Origin: an uncultured delta proteobacterium | Lineage (GTDB): Bacteria > Desulfobacterota > Binatia > Binatales > Binataceae | Length of the DNA: 64,000 bases | Direction: 5' to 3' | Assembly: GCA_963808235.1 (NCBI GenBank) | Contig: CAWEEQ010000004.1 | Coordinates: 1,856,001 to 1,920,000 of the forward strand | Shown: positions 20,924-31,157 of the stretch, piece after piece | Position numbering within the stretch: position 1 is the stretch's first letter | Layout: every line of letters begins with the position of its first letter | The notes under the pieces: model-generated | What the model saw: the letters and a program-made list of their open reading frames with translations, nothing else | Told to the model about the DNA's origin: nothing | The model's database searches: none | Position numbers and translations under genes: made by a program

Positions 20924-22105
20924 ATGCGACAAGTAGCATTTCATCGTCCATCGATTGGACCCGACGAAGAGCGCGAGGTGCTGGAGGCGCTGCGCTCGGG
21001 ATGGATCACGACCGGGCCCAAAGCCAAAAGATTCGAGAAGGAATTCGCCGAATACGTCGGCGCCAAAAACGCGCTCGCGGTATCGCACTGCACCGGCGCG
21101 CTTCACCTGGCGCTGTGGGCGCTCGGCATCGGCCCCGGCGACGAAGTTATCACCACTCCCTTCACCTTCACCGCGACTGCGGAAATTCTCGGCTACCTCG
21201 GCGCGCGGCCGGTGTTCGTCGATGTGGATCCGGGCACCTTCAACATCAGCCCGGCCCGCATCGAAGAGGCGCTCGAGAACGGCGCGAACAAAAAAGTGCG
21301 CGCGCTTTTGCCGGTGCACTTTGCGGGTCACGCTTGCGATATGGATCGGATTCTCAAGATAGCGCGCGATTACAACCTGAAAGTCGTGGAAGACGCCGCG
21401 CACGCGGCCGGTTCCGCGCGCCACATGGATGGGCGTGGGATGGCCAAAGTCGGCACTATCGGCGACATCACCTGTTTCAGCTTTTACGCGACCAAGAATT
21501 TCACCACCGCCGAAGGCGGGATGATCACGACCGCCGATGACGCGCTGGCGGAAAAGATCTCCGTCGCAAGTCTGCACGGGATGAACAAGGACGCGTGGAA
21601 GCGCTACGACAGCAGCGGGTCGTGGTTTTACGAAATCCACGACATGGGCTTCAAGTACAACCTGTCCGACGTGCACGCCGCGATAGGACTCGCGCAGCTC
21701 AAGCGCGCCGACGATTTCATGCGCCGGCGCGCCGAGATCGCGCGCGCCTACAACGAAGCGTTTCGCGGCGACGAATGCCTGCAGGCGGCGTACTCCGAAC
21801 CGGGCATCGAGCACGCGTGGCATCTCTACGTGCTGAGGCTCCGTCCCGAACTCCTGAAGGTTGGCCGCAACCAGTTCGTCGAAATATTGCGCGAACGCGG
21901 CGTCGGATGCTCCGTTCACTGCATCCCGCTCCACACGATGCACTATTATCAGCGCAACTATGGGTACCGCGCCGGCGATTTTCCGGTCGCGGAAGACATT
22001 TACAGCCGATGCCTGTCGCTGCCAATTTACGCCGCGATGACTGACGACGACGTCACCTACGTAATCGAAACCGTGCGTGCGATCGCGCGCGAGAACCGCC
22101 GCTGA
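20924..22105 (+). CDS. DegT/DnrJ/EryC1/StrS PLP sugar aminotransferase (ArnB-like)
   Basis: SGWITTGPK, EDAAHA, FSFYATKNFTTAEGG, GFKYNLSD. Confidence 0.93.
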   Translation: MRQVAFHRPSIGPDEEREVLEALRSGWITTGPKAKRFEKEFAEYVGAKNALAVSHCTGALHLALWALGIGPGDEVITTPFTFTATAEILGYLGARPVFVDVDPGTFNISPARIEEALENGANKKVRALLPVHFAGHACDMDRILKIARDYNLKVVEDAAHAAGSARHMDGRGMAKVGTIGDITCFSFYATKNFTTAEGGMITTADDALAEKISVASLHGMNKDAWKRYDSSGSWFYEIHDMGFKYNLSDVHAAIGLAQLKRADDFMRRRAEIARAYNEAFRGDECLQAAYSEPGIEHAWHLYVLRLRPELLKVGRNQFVEILRERGVGCSVHCIPLHTMHYYQRNYGYRAGDFPVAEDIYSRCLSLPIYAAMTDDDVTYVIETVRAIARENRR

Positions 22106-22132
22106 GCGCGCGATGGCTCCAGGAGGAAGACT

Positions 22133-23075
22133 GTGCGTGCACTGGTAACCGGGGGCGCCGGATTTCTCGGCTCTCATCTATGCGAACGGCTGCTCCGCGA
22201 CGGCGCCGAGGTCATCTGCCTCGACAACTTTTTCAGCGGCAAGCGCGCTAACATTGCGCATCTGGCCGGCCCATCGCAATTTCGAATTTATCCGTCACGA
22301 TACCGTCGAGCCGATTCTGCTCGAGGTCGATCGCATCTTCCATCTCGCCTGTCCCGCGTCGCCGGTCCACTACCAGTACAATCCCGTCAAAACGATCAAG
22401 ACCAGCGTGATGGGCACGATCAACATGCTCGGACTGGCCAAACGCGTGCACGCGCGGATTCTGCTCACCTCGACCAGCGAAGTGTACGGCGACCCGGAAG
22501 AGCATCCGCAAACCGAATCCTACTGGGGCAACGTCAATCCGATCGGCGTGCGATCCTGTTACGACGAGGGCAAGCGCGTCGCCGAATGCCTGATGATGGA
22601 CTATCACCGCCAGAACAAGGTCGATACTCGAATCGTGCGCATCTTCAACACCTACGGCCCGCGGATGGCAATCAACGACGGGCGCGTGGTGTCGAACTTC
22701 TGCGTCGCGGCGCTGCGCGGCGAAGATCTCGAGATTTATGGCGACGGCAAGCAGACCCGGTCGTTCGCTTACGTCGACGACATCATCGACGCGATCGTGC
22801 GCATGATGAACCAGGACAATCACATCGGCCCGGTTAACATCGGCAATCCCGACGAATTCACAATTGTCGAACTCGCGCGGCTCGCGATCGAGCTTTCCGG
22901 CAGTGAATCGAGAGTAATCGTCAAACCGCCCCGCCCCGACGATCCGGTGCGCCGCAAGCCGAACATCGATCTCGCGCGGAAGTTGCTCGGCTGGGAGCCA
23001 AAGGTTCCGCTGCGCGCCGGGCTCGAGAAATCGATTCAACACTTTCGAGAAGTGCTCGGGTCTGGCAAGGCATAG
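22133..23075 (+). CDS. UDP-glucuronate decarboxylase (UXS family), 1-nt frameshift near 22270
   Basis: [13 protein letters not shown] in the first frame; [20 protein letters not shown] and RSCYDEGKR in the next frame; extra C in GGCCC. Confidence 0.9.
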
Positions 23076-23179
23076 CAAATCGCCGACTCGAGCAGCCCCG
23101 CTTTTTCTGTTGCGATAGGGAGCGACGGTGCGCAAAGATTAATTGATCAGTGGCACTCCTGACTCGGCGTCGTCTTGCG

Positions 23180-23464
23180 ATGGATCCAATCAAGCGACTG
23201 GTGGTGGCATCTACGGTACTCGCATGCGCGACCGCGCTTGCGTCATGCGCCGCAACTCCGCCACCCAAGCCGCCTGAGCCCGCGCCCTTCGCATGGGTGG
23301 CGCCCTCGCCTCCACCGCCGCCTGACGAGTGGAATATCTTTCCCGATCCCACCACCGGCCAGGTCGATGTCTATCACGAGGGCGAGTACGTCGGTGCCGT
23401 CACCGGCAAAGAACCGGCCGACGAAGATCCGCCAGTTCCACATCCGGTCGCGCCCGCGAATTGA
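23180..23464 (+). CDS. Small Pro-rich lipoprotein, hypothetical
   Basis: Lipobox ALASC followed by poly-Pro and a short globular motif WNIFPDPTTGQVDVYHEGEYVG. Confidence 0.65.
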   Translation: MDPIKRLVVASTVLACATALASCAATPPPKPPEPAPFAWVAPSPPPPPDEWNIFPDPTTGQVDVYHEGEYVGAVTGKEPADEDPPVPHPVAPAN

Positions 23465-23479
23465 TCGCGCGCACCGCGC

Positions 23480-24622
<1,143 letters not shown>

Positions 24623-24777
24623 CTTATTGTTCTCCCCGGTGGCTGCCGTGAATTGGTGTTAACCGACCGCGGGCCGGATGAAAAGAGCCGCGCCGCGCGT
24701 TTTCGATTCGCCTTGAAAAACCGCGCCGGTGCGAATACGACGGTAGATGAAATTCGATCATTCAAGGAGACCTGACA

Positions 24778-25077
24778 ATGGCGAAGACTGTTATCGCGAA
24801 ACTCAAGGTGAAGCCCGGCAGCGAAGCCGCGTTCGAAGAAGCCGCAAAAGCGATGATCGCAACCGTGCGAGCGTCGGAGCCGGGCACTCTGACCTATATC
24901 CTGCACAAGAATGAGAAGGACCCGACCGAATTCGTATATTACGAGGTCTACCAGGACCAGGCGGCGTTCGATTCGCACGGCAAGACCGATCACATGAAGG
25001 CATTCGGCGGAAAAATCGGCGGCCTGCTCGCGGGTCGCCCCGAGATCGCGATCCTGACCGAAGTAGCGCACAAATAG
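24778..25077 (+). CDS. Putative quinol monooxygenase (ABM family)
   Basis: KVKPG, EPGTLTY, FVYYEVYQDQAAFDSH...HM; AAGGAG RBS. Confidence 0.88.
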   Translation: MAKTVIAKLKVKPGSEAAFEEAAKAMIATVRASEPGTLTYILHKNEKDPTEFVYYEVYQDQAAFDSHGKTDHMKAFGGKIGGLLAGRPEIAILTEVAHK

Positions 25078-25101
25078 ACTTAAAGTAATCGTTTAAGTTT
25101 G

Positions 25102-26379
25102 ATGTCATCGAGTCCTGCGAGCTCAACCCTTGCTATTCTCGGCGGCGAACCGACGCGCACCCGCCCCTTCTCCAAGTGGCCGATCTTCGATCCGCGCGAG
25201 CGTGAGCAACTCGAAGACGTTCTCACTTCCGGGAGTTGGGGCGGCTTCCCGTCGCCCAATCGCAAGGCTGCCGAATTCTCCGCCGCATTCGCCGCCTATC
25301 ACGGCGCGCGCTTCGCGATCCCGACCACCTCGGGCACCAGCGCGCTCGAAGTCGCGCTTAAAGCGCTTGGCGTCGGACCCGGCGACGAAGTGATCGTGCC
25401 GGCGATTACGTTCGCCGCAACTCCGTACGCAGCGATCGCATGCATGGCGCGACCCATCTTCGCCGACGTGAGCGCGGCAACCGCCTGCATCGATCCCGCG
25501 TCGGTACAGCGGCTCATCACTCGGCGCAGCAGGGCGATCATCCCGGTGCATTACGGAGCATCGCTCGCTGATCTCGACGCCCTGATGGAAATCTCGCGCG
25601 CGCATTCGATCCCGATCGTCGAGGATTGCGCGCACGTGCCCGGCGCCCAGTGGCGCGAGCGCGGAGTCGGAACTCACGGCGCGCTCGGATGCTTCAGCTT
25701 TCAGAGCAGCAAGCCGATGACTGCTGGCGAAGGGGGGATGATCCTCGTCAATGACTCCGAGCTCGAACAGCGTTGCCAGTCGCTCATCAACTGCGGCCGC
25801 CGCCGCCCGACTGACACGTTCGAAGGCCCGCTGATGGGCGCGAACTATCGGATGACGGAATGGCAATGCGCGATCGCGCTCGCACAATTGTCGCGTCTGC
25901 CGGAACAGATCGAGCACAAGAGCAAAAACGCAGCGCGCTTGCGCGAGCGGCTTGGCGCGATCAGGGGCGTCAGAACGATCGCCCGCGATCCCCGCGTCAC
26001 CCGCGAGACAATCTACACGTTCGCTTTTCTGGTCGATGAAGGCGCACTTGGAGTGTCGCGCAATCGGTTTGTCCGCGCGATGCGCGCGGAGGGAATCCCG
26101 TGCGGCGTCGGCAATGAGCCCGTCTATCGGTCGCCGCTGTTCCCGCTTGAATCTGGCGAGTACCGCAAGGCGTGCGAACTTGCTGGTGCCAGCGGCAACC
26201 AGGCAACCAGCATTGATTGCCCAATCGCCGAACGGATCTTCGCGCATGAGATGGTCGCGATACCGCATGAATGCCTCCTGGGCGACGCGCGTGACATGGA
26301 CGATATTGTCGCCGCAGCCGTCAAAGTGGCTTCCAGAGCCAGTGAGCTTAGTCGAGCTACACTCGAGCACACGGTCTAG
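25102..26379 (+). CDS. DegT-family PLP aminotransferase (RifK/StsC-like subgroup)
   Basis: LAILGGEP, TSGTSALE, EDCAH, FSFQSSKPMTAGEGG, GANYRMTEWQ. Confidence 0.9.
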   Translation: MSSSPASSTLAILGGEPTRTRPFSKWPIFDPREREQLEDVLTSGSWGGFPSPNRKAAEFSAAFAAYHGARFAIPTTSGTSALEVALKALGVGPGDEVIVPAITFAATPYAAIACMARPIFADVSAATACIDPASVQRLITRRSRAIIPVHYGASLADLDALMEISRAHSIPIVEDCAHVPGAQWRERGVGTHGALGCFSFQSSKPMTAGEGGMILVNDSELEQRCQSLINCGRRRPTDTFEGPLMGANYRMTEWQCAIALAQLSRLPEQIEHKSKNAARLRERLGAIRGVRTIARDPRVTRETIYTFAFLVDEGALGVSRNRFVRAMRAEGIPCGVGNEPVYRSPLFPLESGEYRKACELAGASGNQATSIDCPIAERIFAHEMVAIPHECLLGDARDMDDIVAAAVKVASRASELSRATLEHTV

Positions 26380-26384
26380 GCATC

Positions 26385-27749
26385 ATGCGAGAACTCCTCG
26401 CCGGTGCGGCACGAATAAAACTGGATCCGCCGCTCGGTCTCGCGATGGCGGGATACGGCAATCGAGTCGGTCGCGCAAACGGCGTGCATGACGATCTCGC
26501 GGCGCAAGCGTTGGTGCTGAGCGACGGCGTCACCAAGGTTGCGATCGCCGGCGTCGACGTTCTCGCGATCGGCCAGCGCATCGCCGATGACATCCGCGAG
26601 CGCGTCGCCGCAAAGTCGGACATCGCCGCCGATGCGATCATGGTCTGTGCAACGCACACCCATTCCGGACCCGCCTTCAACATCTTCGCGACTCCGCGCG
26701 CAGAGGCAAAACCAGGCGAAGGCCGCAGTCTCCAATGGGAACGCACGCTGCCCGCAAAGATCGCAAGCGCAATTATTCGCGCCAATGAGACACTCGAACC
26801 CGCATCGCTTAGCGATGCCAGCGCGCGATTCACGCTCGGAACCAATCGCCGCCTGATGCGTCCGAATGGGCAGATTCAACTCGCCGCAAATTACCAGGGG
26901 GTGGCCGACGGCGAAGCTGGAGTCCTCGCGGTGTCCAACCGCAGTTCAAAGCCCATCGCATTCCTCTTGAATTATCCATGCCACGGCGTCGTGCTCTGCG
27001 AAGATAACCTGCTTTACTCGCGCGATTGGCCAGGCTTTGCCATGGACGAGATCGAGCGCGCCGCGTCTTCCGATCGCGGCAACCCGGCAATCTCAATCTT
27101 TGCGCAAGGCGCTACCGGCAACATCGATCCGCGCAGCCGCGGCAGTTTCGACGTCGCCGAAGAGAACGGCCGCTTGATGGGTCGCGCTGCGTTCGAAGCG
27201 ATCAGCCATGCGCCTGCGCTCTCAGATACTCGCATCTCGGTACGCAGAGTGCCGCTGAAGCTCGCGCTCAAGAGTCTCGACGGCTCACTGGCGAGCGCGC
27301 GCGATGGTGTCGCTCAGACTGAGACTTCGTTGAGCAGCCATCGCGGCGGTGACGGCTATCAGTTGAAGCGCCTGCGTGATCACCATGCACAATCGCTCTC
27401 CGCGCTCGCCGCTCTCGAGTTGCTCGAAGAGCAGAACCGCCGCGATCGGCGCGTCGACCTCGCGCGCCGCGAACTGTCAACCTCGATGACGATCGTCACC
27501 GTCGGCAAAATAGCGCTGGTCGGAATCCCCGGCGAGCTGTTTGTCGAACTCGGCCTGGCGCTCAAGTGCAATCCGCACTTCGCTCGCACCTTCGTGCTCG
27601 GCTACTGCAATGATCTGATCGGGTACATCCCGACTCGCGCGGCGTACGCAGAAGGTGGTTACGAAGTCGACACCGCCCGAATCGCCGCAGGGAGCGGCGA
27701 GAAAATTGTCGCGGTTGCGCTATCGACGCTTGAGGAAATGCACGGATAG
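26385..27749 (+). CDS. Neutral/alkaline ceramidase-like metal-dependent amidohydrolase
   Basis: MAGY, GVHDDL, ATHTHSGP, NYPCHG, QGATGNIDP, PGELF, GYIPT...GGYE. Confidence 0.85.
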   Translation: MRELLAGAARIKLDPPLGLAMAGYGNRVGRANGVHDDLAAQALVLSDGVTKVAIAGVDVLAIGQRIADDIRERVAAKSDIAADAIMVCATHTHSGPAFNIFATPRAEAKPGEGRSLQWERTLPAKIASAIIRANETLEPASLSDASARFTLGTNRRLMRPNGQIQLAANYQGVADGEAGVLAVSNRSSKPIAFLLNYPCHGVVLCEDNLLYSRDWPGFAMDEIERAASSDRGNPAISIFAQGATGNIDPRSRGSFDVAEENGRLMGRAAFEAISHAPALSDTRISVRRVPLKLALKSLDGSLASARDGVAQTETSLSSHRGGDGYQLKRLRDHHAQSLSALAALELLEEQNRRDRRVDLARRELSTSMTIVTVGKIALVGIPGELFVELGLALKCNPHFARTFVLGYCNDLIGYIPTRAAYAEGGYEVDTARIAAGSGEKIVAVALSTLEEMHG

Positions 27750-27752
27750 CCG

Positions 27753-28469
27753 ATGCGGCAGGTCGACCATCGTGAAGTGCTCGCGATGCGCTCGGCGGGC
27801 GCGCAAATCGTCGACGTGCTCCCGGCGCACGAATACAACCACACGCATATCAAAGACGCGGTTCATATCTCTCTGCCGCGAATTCTCAAAGACGCGCCAA
27901 CTATGCTCGATCCTTCGCGCCGGGTCGTCGTCTATTGCCGCGACTCGCTCTGAGATTTGAGCGCGCGGGCTGCGGCGCAGCTCGAATTCCTTGGGTTTCC
28001 GGACGTGGCGCACTACTTTCGCGGCAAGGTGGATTGGATGGTCCGCGGACTACCGACTGAGCCCGCACCGCCGCTTTCAGAGCGGATGCGCGCGCTTCGG
28101 TACTTCGTCAATAATCTTGCGCCAGGAATCCGTTCGGCGTGGATTCGCGCCTCGAATCGAACCACCGTGCGCGAGGCAATGCGCGACGATATTGCCCGCC
28201 TCCGTCCCGACGACGCTCTTCCGGCCGCGTCTGCGGGCTCGCCAACTCCGCGATCGGTGGTGCTGAATTCTGACGGCGTCCTGCTCGGCGCGATCGATAA
28301 TCCTGATGCCGCGCCGCGCGCGCACGAGTTCATGAACCCTGCGCCGCAGACCATTCGTCCCGATATGACGCCGCGGCTCGCGACAAAGCTGCTCGAATCG
28401 AATCCGTATCTGATTGTGACGACTGAGCACGGAAAATACCTGGGCCGCTACTCGCAGTCGCGCGGCTAG
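27753..28469 (+). CDS. Rhodanese-like plus degenerate CBS protein, probable selenoprotein (UGA at 27951-27953 read as Sec)
   Basis: Two in-frame ORFs join across a TGA as VVVYCRDSL-U-DLSARAAAQLEFLGF..V.HYFRGKVDW, giving one continuous rhodanese domain; a hairpin follows the UGA. Confidence 0.75.
27956..27986 (+). promoter_or_regulatory. Candidate bacterial SECIS hairpin
   Basis: TTTGAGC-GCGC-GGGCTGCG-GCGC-A-GCTCGAA folds by hand into an 11-bp stem with one bulge and a G-rich apical region about 14-16 nt after the UGA. Confidence 0.55.
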
Positions 28470-28478
28470 CGGTCGCAA

Positions 28479-28970
28479 TTATCTTTCGATCACTCCATCG
28501 CCAGAAATATCCAGGTGAAAACCAGCATCGCGCGCGCATTCCTCGGGATGCGCCCGATAGTGTTCAATCTGCGGCGCGCCGGTCATCGCACTCATTACGG
28601 CTGAAATGTCGACTGACTCGAAGCCGAGGCGCGCAAAGTAATCGTGCGCGTCCCGGGTCAACAGGTACAGATGGCGCGCGCCGCGAGTATGCGCGGCTTT
28701 GCGCGCCGCTGAGACCAGAGCCGCACCGATTCCGCGCCCGCGCATCGACGCCTTCACGTACAGCGAACGTATCAGCGCTGCGTCAAGCTTCGCTTCGATT
28801 CCGACCACTCCAATCGCCTGATCGCCGTCGTACGCGAGAAGGTAGCACGCCGCCGGCCACTCGATTCCATCGGTCATCATTCCCGCTTCCACTATCATGC
28901 CGCGTACCTGCGCCAGATCGCGCGTCTGCTCGATAGTCAGTTCGCCTTGGCGATGCTTCCGGAGAGCCAT
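28479..28970 (-). CDS. GNAT family N-acetyltransferase (ArsN2/ArgA-like)
   Basis: ALIRSLYV...RGRGIGAALV, LYLLT..A.DYFARLGF. Confidence 0.88.
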   Translation of the reverse strand: MALRKHRQGELTIEQTRDLAQVRGMIVEAGMMTDGIEWPAACYLLAYDGDQAIGVVGIEAKLDAALIRSLYVKASMRGRGIGAALVSAARKAAHTRGARHLYLLTRDAHDYFARLGFESVDISAVMSAMTGAPQIEHYRAHPEECARDAGFHLDISGDGVIER

Positions 28971-28993
28971 TGTTTACGGGACGATTTGAATCG

Positions 28994-29224
28994 CTATTTT
29001 TTTGGCGGCGGGAACAGTTGCACACCAGCCTCGTCCACCACTGTGATTGCTTTGACCGGGCACGAACGTGCCGCCGACAAGATCGACGCGTCGGGCGCTC
29101 CGCTGATATCGATGACCTCCGACTTGCCGTCGGCGTCGAGCTGAAAGACGGTTGGCGCGGTTTCCACGCAGTCGCCGCTGCCGATGCATCTCACTTTGTT
29201 TACCGTTACGGAAAGCTTGGCCAT
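28994..29224 (-). CDS. Ferredoxin (3Fe-4S/4Fe-4S single cluster)
   Basis: CIGSGDC...AP.VF...CPVKAI; GGAGG RBS. Confidence 0.9.
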   Translation of the reverse strand: MAKLSVTVNKVRCIGSGDCVETAPTVFQLDADGKSEVIDISGAPDASILSAARSCPVKAITVVDEAGVQLFPPPKK

Positions 29225-29333
29225 CGAAACCTCCGGCGCGAAAACGCTTATCGCAGCAACAATAGAATCCGCCACCGACTGGTCGCAAGAGTTGGAATTG
29301 AATCGGCACGCGTCGCGGCTATACTCATCGCCG

Positions 29334-29726
29334 ATGGCTCAAATCGCAGGGACCGGTATCGACGTTATCGAAGTCGATCGAATCGAGCGCGCGCTCACGC
29401 GCCCTTCGACCGGCGAGCGCTTTCGCGCCCGCGTTTTCACCGCCGGCGAGGTCCGCTACTGCGAGTCGCGCGGCCGCCCTCGCTACCAGAGCTATGCCGC
29501 GCGCTTCGCCGCCAAGGAAGCAACCATGAAGGCGCTCGGCACCGGATGGAATCGCAACGTCGGATGGAACGAGATCGAAGTCGTGCGCGAGCGCGGCAAG
29601 GCGCCGACTATCGCACTATCGGGGAAGGCGGCCGCATTCGCGCGCCGAAAGCAGATCACAGGATTTCACCTGAGCATCACGCACACCGCCAAAGAGGCTA
29701 TCGCGCATGTCATCGCGGAGTCGTGA
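29334..29726 (+). CDS. acpS: Holo-ACP synthase
   Basis: GTGIDVIEVDRI, AARFAAKEA, LSITH. Confidence 0.95.
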   Translation: MAQIAGTGIDVIEVDRIERALTRPSTGERFRARVFTAGEVRYCESRGRPRYQSYAARFAAKEATMKALGTGWNRNVGWNEIEVVRERGKAPTIALSGKAAAFARRKQITGFHLSITHTAKEAIAHVIAES

Positions 29727-29735
29727 ACGCGCGCG

Positions 29736-31142
29736 CTACTTGGCGACGTCGGGCTGTTTCGCCATGTAGAGCGGCGCAGGCTTGTTGAGCTGAGTGAAGC
29801 TGAACTCGCTGAGCGCGAACACCGCCTTACTCGCGCTGGAGGCCGCGTAAAACACGTTGCGCGGCCCCGCCGGCTCGCCCGGCAACGGCGCTTCAGTCTG
29901 CGCCACGCTCATCTTGGACGCCTTGATCGTGCCGAGATTCTTGCCGTCCTTTGCGACCAGGGTTATTTCGAGCGAAGGATTGTCGAGTCCGAACGGCTGA
30001 GCGCTAGGCATCGGATCGGCCACGATCGAACTGCCCTTCAGATTGCGCAACTGGCTGAGCAGCCGCTCGACCACCGGGATGTCGCCGTCGGAAGTCTTGC
30101 CCGCAACGATCACGCTCCACTTGCCACTTGCCGCGCGCCGCAGTGTGAACTCGCCATTGCTGTTCTTGATCTTGATGCTGTCCACCGCGGACGGATCGAA
30201 GCTGAAGACTGTGCGATCGCGATAATCGAGCCACGATTTATCAAGCGTGCTCATCACGTATTCCGGCACTGCATAAACGGGCGCGCGCTCGCCGCGGCGC
30301 ACGAAGATTCCGCTCTTGCCCTGCTCGCTCTGCTTGAACCCAAACATCAATGATTGCTGTTCGCCGTTGTCGAGCATCACGGCCGCAGTAAGATGCGGTT
30401 TTTCAAGCCCGTACTGGGTGACGTTGGCGGGCGCGTCCGCGACGAAATCCGAGGCCCTGGCGTTGACCATCGTGCTGAGCGCCTGGCGCACCTGGATATC
30501 ATCGGCTGGATACGCGGCCGGCTTGACCATTTTCCATTTGTCGCCGTCGCGATCGATTTCCACTGTCTGTCCGTTATCGCGGGTCACTATTAATTTCTTA
30601 ACCTGGTCGACTTTGAACGACATCAGGTCGCGCACGCGCATCTCATTGACGGTCTTGTTCATCCCCGACGGAAAAACCGACGAGGTCAGCATCACGGCCG
30701 GGCTGTTGCTCAGCCGCACATAAGCGTTGAAGCCAATCGGCGTCGCCCTGCCGACGTCGATGCTCGGCCAGGTCTTTTTGTCGAAGGTCGCGATCGTGAC
30801 GATGGTTTTCGGATGCTCGAGGTCGAATGCTTTCAGGTCGGCCGGCTTTTCCTCGACGGTTCGCTCGACCTTGCAGTCGGCAATCGCGCCCGCAAGATTG
30901 TTGGCCTCGCTTTGATCGGCATCGGCGCCAATTGGCTTCACGAGCCGCCATGGGCCACCCTTGTCGCGCTCGATTACGATGTCGCGATCGGGATATCGCA
31001 ATTCGATCTTCGCGATATCGTCCTTCTTTACGTCGAGAAGCTTTCGGTTGGTCTCGGTCTCGGAATAATGGCCGACGATAAACGCGTAGCCGCCCACGAT
31101 AGCGAACAGGACGAGCACGATGATGGTGTTGCGAAGACGCAT
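29736..31142 (-). CDS. DUF4340 domain protein (ABC accessory)
   Basis: N-terminal TM helix and three repeats with FDLEHP/YGLEKP/FGLDNP; last gene of the Gld-type operon. Confidence 0.8.
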   Translation of the reverse strand: MRLRNTIIVLVLFAIVGGYAFIVGHYSETETNRKLLDVKKDDIAKIELRYPDRDIVIERDKGGPWRLVKPIGADADQSEANNLAGAIADCKVERTVEEKPADLKAFDLEHPKTIVTIATFDKKTWPSIDVGRATPIGFNAYVRLSNSPAVMLTSSVFPSGMNKTVNEMRVRDLMSFKVDQVKKLIVTRDNGQTVEIDRDGDKWKMVKPAAYPADDIQVRQALSTMVNARASDFVADAPANVTQYGLEKPHLTAAVMLDNGEQQSLMFGFKQSEQGKSGIFVRRGERAPVYAVPEYVMSTLDKSWLDYRDRTVFSFDPSAVDSIKIKNSNGEFTLRRAASGKWSVIVAGKTSDGDIPVVERLLSQLRNLKGSSIVADPMPSAQPFGLDNPSLEITLVAKDGKNLGTIKASKMSVAQTEAPLPGEPAGPRNVFYAASSASKAVFALSEFSFTQLNKPAPLYMAKQPDVAK

Positions 31143-31157
31143 CGGAATCGCGCGCCG

